Assembly: GCA_938045545.1 (NCBI GenBank)
Contig: CALIBN010000007.1
Span: 88,421 to 152,420 of the forward strand
Length of the DNA stretch: 64,000 nt
Reading direction: 5' to 3'
DNA from: an uncultured archaeon
GTDB lineage: Archaea > Thermoproteota > EX4484-205 > JAAOZP01
Shown in pieces: positions 58,151 through 64,000 of this stretch. Within the stretch, counting starts at the first letter, position 1. Each line of letters begins with the position of its first letter. The translations under genes were made by a program, and so were the position numbers. The notes under the pieces were generated by a model. The model was not told the DNA's origin, made no database searches, and worked only from the letters and a program-made list of their open reading frames with translations.

Positions 58151-59281
58151 TTAAGTCGAGATCTTCACGTTGGGCGGATAGAGGAAATCTATGTACTTGT
58201 TTTTTATGTAGGTGGAATCCTTTCCCTCGTGCACGAGAACCCTATACTTGAACCTTAACTCTTCCCCCTTTGGCAGGACGTAATCCCCCCTGTTCTTCGG
58301 GGAGTTAGTGAAGATCGAGATGCCGAACATGTTCGCTGTCATCAAACCATAATTCCTCACGTGCCAGTAAGTCGGATACCTAAAGTTATCTATGTGGTCG
58401 AAAGCCGTTATTCCCACCTTCTTCCCATCCACAATCCCGCTGTAGTCGCACCACGCCGCCCTTTTTCCCCAGGACTCAGCCTCATTGATTCCACCGAACG
58501 AGTTCTCGATCTTGCCGCCGTTATCGACGGTGATCTTCTCGTTAACCCTTATTGAGAGTATCCCGCCTTCTTTAGTATCCCCAAATTTAGTGTCCTTCTC
58601 ATGATTGAAAAGGGTTATCGCAACATCTATGAGAACATCCTTTTTAAGCTTCCAGATGCATATCGTCCTCTTTTCATACAGCTCGATGTTCCCAGATTTA
58701 GTGATCCAAACATTGCTGCTGTCCAGCTCGAAGAAAACTTTCCCACAGCTATTTACTTTAACATCTCTCGCCTCGATCCTTCCGCTCTCCTCGGTCTCAG
58801 CCCAGAAATCCTGTCCATTCACATCTCCATGGGCAACCCATAACGATCTATGATGCACGTGATCCCCCGGCCCATCTTCAGTAACCCTGACGCCGTTCGT
58901 GCTGAAGATCGGGTAGAGATATGGTTTGCTCAACAGTTTCCCGTAATTATAACTTGTTACGTGGTCTTTACCATAATTGATGATCAGAACCCCTTCCTTC
59001 AAATCGTAGGAAAAGCCTGTTTCGCTTTCTTCTTCATCGCTTAGGACGATGTCCCCTCTCAACGTCTCGCCCGCTTTTGCGTATGGGAGGATGAAATAAC
59101 CTTGAAGCGAACCCTCCCACTCCATCACCTGCAGGGGGATTCTCTCGCCACCCATCTCTAGGCATATGTTCTCCTGATCTTTCAGTGATGAAGCTGATTT
59201 TGGCAACGAAAAACTGACAGGAGTTTCAACCCTTTCATGAGCGCCAGCCTCTATCTCCACCTCCACGATCCTTTTCCTCAT
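58151..59281 (-). CDS. DUF6807 (mis-named PmoA, PF14100-type) beta-sandwich protein
   Basis: KPYLYP, DHVHHRSLW, DFWAE, KEGG, WCDYSG, WHVRNYGLM; soluble. Confidence 0.75.
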   Translation of the reverse strand: MRKRIVEVEIEAGAHERVETPVSFSLPKSASSLKDQENICLEMGGERIPLQVMEWEGSLQGYFILPYAKAGETLRGDIVLSDEEESETGFSYDLKEGVLIINYGKDHVTSYNYGKLLSKPYLYPIFSTNGVRVTEDGPGDHVHHRSLWVAHGDVNGQDFWAETEESGRIEARDVKVNSCGKVFFELDSSNVWITKSGNIELYEKRTICIWKLKKDVLIDVAITLFNHEKDTKFGDTKEGGILSIRVNEKITVDNGGKIENSFGGINEAESWGKRAAWCDYSGIVDGKKVGITAFDHIDNFRYPTYWHVRNYGLMTANMFGISIFTNSPKNRGDYVLPKGEELRFKYRVLVHEGKDSTYIKNKYIDFLYPPNVKIST

Positions 59282-59441
59282 TTTTACCCGGTAAGTTAGA
59301 ATAAGGATTTTTAACCATTACTGATTTCCTACATGTTGGAACTTAGTAGCTTTTTTGGGGGTCTTTGGCAAACACTCGTTCAATGATGAAAACATAATGC
59401 ATGCTAAAAGCCTTAAATTGCTTTACGGACTTATTCTGGCC

Positions 59442-60569
59442 GTGAAGAAAATATCGACCCTGACAATATTCCTCCTGATGATTTTGACATTTCCAATAAT
59501 TGTACCGGAAATAAAGGCCGTGTCCCAAAGGACAATCGTTTTCTCGGGTTATGAGTGGATTGTAAAGTCCTCGGAGACTGCTAAAGCTGGGCCTGGTCCG
59601 AATTATTGGTTGGATGAGAATGTCTGGGTTGATGAAAACGGGTGGTTACACCTTAAAATAACGTATAAAGCTGGGAGGTAGTATTGCGCTGAGGTCTATA
59701 CAAAAGAACAGTTAGGTTACGGGACCTATGTCTTTTACATTGCCAGTAGAATCGACGTCCTCGACAAGAATGTCGTGCTTGGCTTATTTGCCTATAAGGA
59801 TGACGAGCATGAAGTTGATATAGAGTTTTCAAAATGGGGTAATAAGGATGCCAAGAACGCGTGGTTCACGGTTCAACCAGGACCATATATAGAAGGTTAT
59901 AATCAAAAATCCTTCGATATCAGGTTAATGGATACGTACTCTACACATTGGTTTACGTGGAGTAGAAACTACGTATTCTTTGAAAGTTTTCATGGGCATT
60001 ACTCATATGAAACGCCACCTAGACATAACATTATCTCATCATGGGTATGTCCACTTAAACTTCAAGCGGATGAGGCAAGAGCACATATCAACTTATGGTT
60101 ACTTAAGGGTTTTCCTCCATCTGATGGAAAAGGGGTCGAGGTGATAATTAAAGAATTTAGATTTTATCAGAACACGAGGTCACCACGCCTTCCAGAACTT
60201 AACGTTTACGGCTATGTTAAAGATGACCTCGGCAACCTCCTGAGCAACGCTTCAGTTACCGTTGAGTCTCCTATCGATCAGGCTTCCACAACGACGGATT
60301 TTCAAGGCAGATATGCTGTAATCCTTTCGGTGAACGGTCCGGGAGACCAGATTCAGGTTGCTGCAACCTTCAACTCTAGGTCTGGCTCTGCCTCCGGCAC
60401 TGTGCCCAGCGGATCTTCAAGTATGCGGGTAGACGTCACGGTCTCGAGGATTTCAGCTGGCATATTTTACCCTTTACTCTTGTCAGCCGGATTGATGTTA
60501 GTTATAGCGATTGGAACCATAATAATTCGAAAGAGGAAAAAGCGCAGCAAAAACTTGGTGGCGTGTTAA
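59442..60569 (+). pseudogene. Membrane-anchored GH16-like glucanase interrupted by in-frame TAG at 59679-59681
   Basis: Signal peptide MKKISTLTIFLLMILTFPIIVPEIKA, GPGPNYW, GR*YCAEV, LGYGTY, EVDIEF (ExDxE), beta-sandwich, C-terminal TM and RKRKKR; both ORFs are in the same frame. Confidence 0.8.
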
Positions 60570-60606
60570 ACAAAACTTATTAACTCGGCCCTACGAAATT
60601 CTGCAT

Positions 60607-61461
60607 ATGAAGCTCTCCGTATGCAACGAAGTATTTTCTGGTAGGGACGTTATTGAGGTATTTCCCCAGCTCAAGCGATTTGGATACGACGGTATCGAGA
60701 TCGCCCCTTTTACTATAGCAAGCAATGTTGAGAAGATCTCAATTGAGAGAAGGAGGGAAATAAGGGAAAAGGCCCTTGAGAATGGCATTGAAGTCGTTGG
60801 TACGCATTGGATCTTGGTATGTGATAAGAACATAAACCTCTTCGATAACTCTGGAAGGGTGTACAGGGAAACCGTGAAATACCTGATTAAGGTGATAGAG
60901 TTCACGAGCGACATAGGCGGAGGGATAGTGGTTTTCGGCTCCCCGAGACAAAGGAACATACCGTCCAAGGAGGTCTTCGAACAGGCCTGGGATTCCGCCA
61001 TCTCGGCCTTCAGGGAAATAGGAGATCATGCGAGCGAGAAAATGGTGACCTTCTGCATCGAGCCATTATCCATGGATCAGACGAACTTCATTAACAACGT
61101 CGGCGAGGCGGTAAAATTGATAACGGAGGTAGGCCACAAAAGCGTTGGGCTCATCCTCGACGTGAGGAGCATGTGCGACGAAAGAAGGTCCTTTAAAGAC
61201 ATAATAAAGGAGGGAGGGGCTTATTTGAGGCATTTCCATGCAAACGATTGCAACGGGTACATCCCGGGTTCCGGCTCCGCTAACTATAAGGAGATAGTCC
61301 AAGGCCTGCTCGAGATCAACTATTCCGGATACTTATCGGTCGAGGTCTTCGACTTTAAGCCGGATCCTGAGACCATAGCCATTAAGAGCTTAGAGAATTT
61401 GAAGAGGTTTTTAAGCGAATACGGAAACATTGCATCTAGAATTATCTCCGGCATTTTCTAG
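60607..61461 (+). CDS. Sugar phosphate isomerase/epimerase (D-psicose/D-tagatose 3-epimerase-like)
   Basis: GYDGIEIAPF, FGSPRQR, IEPL, LDV, HFHAND, SVEVF. Confidence 0.88.
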   Translation: MKLSVCNEVFSGRDVIEVFPQLKRFGYDGIEIAPFTIASNVEKISIERRREIREKALENGIEVVGTHWILVCDKNINLFDNSGRVYRETVKYLIKVIEFTSDIGGGIVVFGSPRQRNIPSKEVFEQAWDSAISAFREIGDHASEKMVTFCIEPLSMDQTNFINNVGEAVKLITEVGHKSVGLILDVRSMCDERRSFKDIIKEGGAYLRHFHANDCNGYIPGSGSANYKEIVQGLLEINYSGYLSVEVFDFKPDPETIAIKSLENLKRFLSEYGNIASRIISGIF

Positions 61462-61489
61462 ACGCTGTTAGAAGCACACCATAGTCCAT

Positions 61490-61856
61490 ATGGGCCGAAA
61501 AGCTAGAAGTTAAGCTTCTTTCCGTTGAGCACAGCCTTCAATTTGTTTAAAACATCCCGGCATCCTGCTGGTTTAACACTATGGTTTCAACTAAGGGAAA
61601 ATTGAAATCTTGTACTCGAGTCCCACGTAATATGTTATACTTCCTTCAGCCTCCGTCATACCCTCGTGTCCAAACGGTGCCCGCCAGTATTAACGAAAGC
61701 CTCTTAACCCATTTATTAGGAATCACGATCATGTCGGCACCCGTATCGATTTTTCCAGCACCTGTTACAAACTCTCTTGAAAAAGGCTTGTACACCCTTA
61801 GTTTTACAGATAGTGCAGGAGGTTTATAGTGGGCATCGTATTCATTTTCTAACCAA
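61490..61856 (-). pseudogene. Degraded retropepsin-like (clan AA) aspartic protease
   Basis: Minus strand YDAHYKPPALSVKLRV...GKIDTGADMIVIP...GYDGG* then shifted RDVLNKLKAVLNG; DTG and (G)RD motifs. Confidence 0.7.
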
Positions 61857-61859
61857 TTC

Positions 61860-62178
61860 AGGAGAGGGTCTTCGAAGATCTGTATTTCTTATAAGTCCGT
61901 TCTACCAGCTTATCATAGTCGGAGTCAATTACTTTACCATTTAAAACAGCCACGTACTCCTCTCAAAGAATTGTCTCTATACAGTTTTTCAGACGCTAAC
62001 TTCTTCCTCTCAAAAGCTTATATCTCTTCGCCAACATCATAGGAGCCTTCAGTCTCTAGGTATTCCTTTACCAATTGTTCTATAATCTCGTTCCCTTTTT
62101 ATATCCTATTCTCCTAATAACCGCTGCGCTGAATTTCTTCCATATATCGTCGTCTATGTTAATCGTAGTTTTGACAAT
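61860..62178 (-). pseudogene. Degraded ribbon-helix-helix + DUF5678-like protein
   Basis: VKTTINIDDDIWKKFSAAV / NEIIEQLVKEYLE / EYVAVLNGKVIDSDYDKLVERTYKKY across stops and frameshifts. Confidence 0.55.
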
Positions 62179-62313
62179 GAAGGTTTGTTGCCTTCTTGAT
62201 TTATAAGCATTTTCCCGCTTGGAAGGGATGGTTTGCTTTCTAAAATTACGTGCTTTAGGATCAGGCATATGGCCCCCGCTGAGAAATATGAGAGTTTTAA
62301 AAAATTGCTACAA

Positions 62314-62715
62314 TTACTCGCTCGAGTCTTCCCGCACCTTAAAGAGTTTTTCACTCTTTTTACCCTCTGCTATCTCTACAACCCCTAACTCCATTAGCTC
62401 CCTAAGCTTTTTCGCAACCGTTTTCCTAGACGCCTTTCCTCTAATCTCTATCAACAAATTAGTCAGTTGCGATATATTTAACGGTCCCTCGGTCATCAGT
62501 ATCTCAGTTATCTCTCTGGCCAATGGGCCTGCTCTTAGGCTTTCTGAGAGGAGGCTTATTTTCTTAGAAGTCTTATAGACATCTGAACCTAGGGATAGAA
62601 TGCTTCTGACAACAGCCAACTCTCGCAATATATCCCTGTTCAACTCCCTTTCTTTCCTAAGTTCCTCTTCAAGAAGATTGATCTTCCTGACAAGCTCGTC
62701 TATTCTGCTTTCCAA
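62314..62715 (-). CDS. Coiled-coil + winged-helix DNA-binding protein
   Basis: EGPLNISQLT...RGKASRKTVAKKLRELMELGVVE. Confidence 0.75.
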   Translation of the reverse strand: MESRIDELVRKINLLEEELRKERELNRDILRELAVVRSILSLGSDVYKTSKKISLLSESLRAGPLAREITEILMTEGPLNISQLTNLLIEIRGKASRKTVAKKLRELMELGVVEIAEGKKSEKLFKVREDSSE

Positions 62716-63002
62716 TTGGTTCTTCCCTCTTTTCTCTCACCCGGTTTGCCTCCACTCATCATGGACATAAGCGTCGAAAGTGAAAACTCCATTTTAGGAA
62801 ACATGTGTTCAGCTATTCTGATCGAAGCATGCTCTGGTAAGCCTTCCCTTCTCAACATCTCCACCATCTTCTTTCTATTTTTCCCTATTTTGTAGTTGAC
62901 AAGGTAAACATTCAACAAAAGCCATAAAAAAACAGGAGTTAACACAATGAGAGTTATTAAAGCTTCCACTACGATCAGGACTATTTGCAACGCCTTTCCC
63001 AT
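62700..63002 (-). CDS. Small single-pass membrane protein
   Basis: Long N-terminal hydrophobic helix, then LRREGLPE; overlaps the next gene. Confidence 0.65.
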   Translation of the reverse strand: MGKALQIVLIVVEALITLIVLTPVFLWLLLNVYLVNYKIGKNRKKMVEMLRREGLPEHASIRIAEHMFPKMEFSLSTLMSMMSGGKPGERKEGRTNWKAE

Positions 63003-63012
63003 TTCGAATCTT

Positions 63013-63384
63013 TTACTTCTCTAAAATCTTCTCTTCTTCTCTTCTTATCTTGCCGGCTTGCCCAAGGGCGTTTCTGATTAATTCTGCTGGGCTGATAAAC
63101 TGGTTTTTAACCAGCTCAATAGCAACATCCTCCTTCATTCCTGCTGCCACCAATTCTTTGTAGAAAGTCGCTATTGCCCTAGCTCTTTCTCTTGCTTGCT
63201 CCTCAGTTAATGACGTGCCGATCAGCTCCTTAAGAGGACCAACGATATCCCTCAAAAGCCCAGGCACTTCTTCTCTAACAGTCTTCAAAACTTCTCGCAA
63301 TTCTTCAACATCCTCATTGTAATGCTCCATCTTTCTTTTCTTCTCTGTTTCAGGTAGCTCGACTTCTTTTCTTTCCCCCTCCAT
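63013..63384 (-). CDS. Hypothetical protein
   Basis: ATG 63384 after a GGTGGTG RBS; DVEELREVL..VPGLL..AIATFYKELVAAGM; first of a three-gene operon. Confidence 0.7.
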   Translation of the reverse strand: MEGERKEVELPETEKKRKMEHYNEDVEELREVLKTVREEVPGLLRDIVGPLKELIGTSLTEEQARERARAIATFYKELVAAGMKEDVAIELVKNQFISPAELIRNALGQAGKIRREEEKILEK

Positions 63385-63688
63385 TTCACACCACCATCGA
63401 TTAAGATAACGCCATGGTTTATAAGACTTATGCGATTTTTTACCCATGTTTTTGCTCAGCACGCTTAAAGATTGCGGATTGATTTAAAATATTCGCTTTT
63501 AACAGACCATATCTCAACTCATCAAGCCGCTTGTTCTTGGCAAATCTGTCCTTTACGTGATGCACAAACCGGTTTCGAACCTCGTTACCAGGTTAATGTA
63601 AAACAATAGTATTTCCTTAACGTGCTCATTTGCACTCCTGAAGTTTTTTATTAAAAGCTTTGGGAGATTGGAAAAACAGGTGAAGTGA

Positions 63689-64000
63689 CTAAGCATATGA
63701 TATTTTCTTAGCGTACTCCACCATATATATGAAGTTCTCAGCATTCGTGTTAATAGAAATGTTGGCAGATGCTGAAAGTACATATCCTTCTTTTCCGCCC
63801 TCCCTAAGACACCTTTCAACCTCTCTCTCCACATCAGCCTTTGTACCGTACTCTATCACCCTTGGGTCGACATTCCCAACTAGGCAAATTCTATCCCCAT
63901 ATTTTTCCTTAACTTCCTTAAGGTTCATGCCTGCTATCACATCTATGCCCTGATAGGCATTAATCCCTGCATCCACCATGTCGGCCAGCAGTGGCATGAT
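63689..64000 (-). CDS. URO-D superfamily protein, C-terminal part (runs off the window end)
   Basis: AYQGIDVIAGM..ICLVGNVDPR..VERCLREGG.EGY.LSASA; clearly similar to the C-terminus of 55760-56902. Confidence 0.88.
   Translation of the reverse strand: MMPLLADMVDAGINAYQGIDVIAGMNLKEVKEKYGDRICLVGNVDPRVIEYGTKADVEREVERCLREGGKEGYVLSASANISINTNAENFIYMVEYAKKISYA

Noticed and set aside
58151-59281. Particulate methane monooxygenase subunit
   Set aside because: Soluble protein without TM helices, and no pmoB or pmoC; only the family name is misleading.
59679-59681. In-frame TAG as pyrrolysine or recoding
   Set aside because: The context fits a Trp codon mutated by one transition, TAG ends many genes here, and no pyl genes are in the window.
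587-63953. Numerous short alternative-frame and antisense ORFs (e.g. 587-883, 4657-5241, 8522-9067, 13325-13804, 51003-51491, 61581-61829)
   Set aside because: They are shadows of well-supported genes or pseudogenes and have no recognisable motifs.
7030-64000. URO-D paralogs as heme-biosynthesis HemE
   Set aside because: None shows the HemE RQAGR motif, and no tetrapyrrole genes are nearby.
1-64000. CRISPR arrays, tRNA/rRNA genes, IS elements, integrases
   Set aside because: No regularly spaced repeats, cloverleafs, rRNA-like tracts or transposase/integrase motifs were seen by manual reading.

Overview
This is a gene-dense archaeal chromosomal segment. It has BRE/TATA promoters, GGTGA/GGAGG ribosome-binding sites, tungsten-type AORs and an ATPase-type HypB. 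The gene content suggests an anaerobic, sugar-fermenting TACK archaeon such as Brockarchaeota or Bathyarchaeia (inference). I saw no rRNA, tRNA, CRISPR array or intact transposase. Carbohydrate catabolism dominates: two GH38 mannosidases, a GH2, clan GH-A and GHL10-like barrels, a disrupted GH16, three TIM-barrel epimerases, a Gfo/Idh/MocA oxidoreductase and a PIG-L deacetylase. Eight URO-D/MtaA-superfamily paralogs are interleaved with these genes. Two candidate undescribed systems stand out. (1) At 17.6-26.2 kb a three-gene membrane machine has two divergent OPT-like (DUF6785-type) polytopic proteins flanking a 1520-aa protein. That protein fuses a catalytically degenerate M28/PA ectodomain to a MacB/FtsX permease, and the operon has no ATPase. 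(2) At 8.2-12.6 kb an operon encodes a catalytically dead class I aldolase, an active aldolase fused to a 4x[4Fe-4S] ferredoxin, and an aldehyde:ferredoxin oxidoreductase. A second AOR, a class II aldolase and LarA lie next to it. About 11 genes are disrupted, in clusters, while the longest genes are intact. Family assignments come from motif recognition in the translations; no database searches were run.
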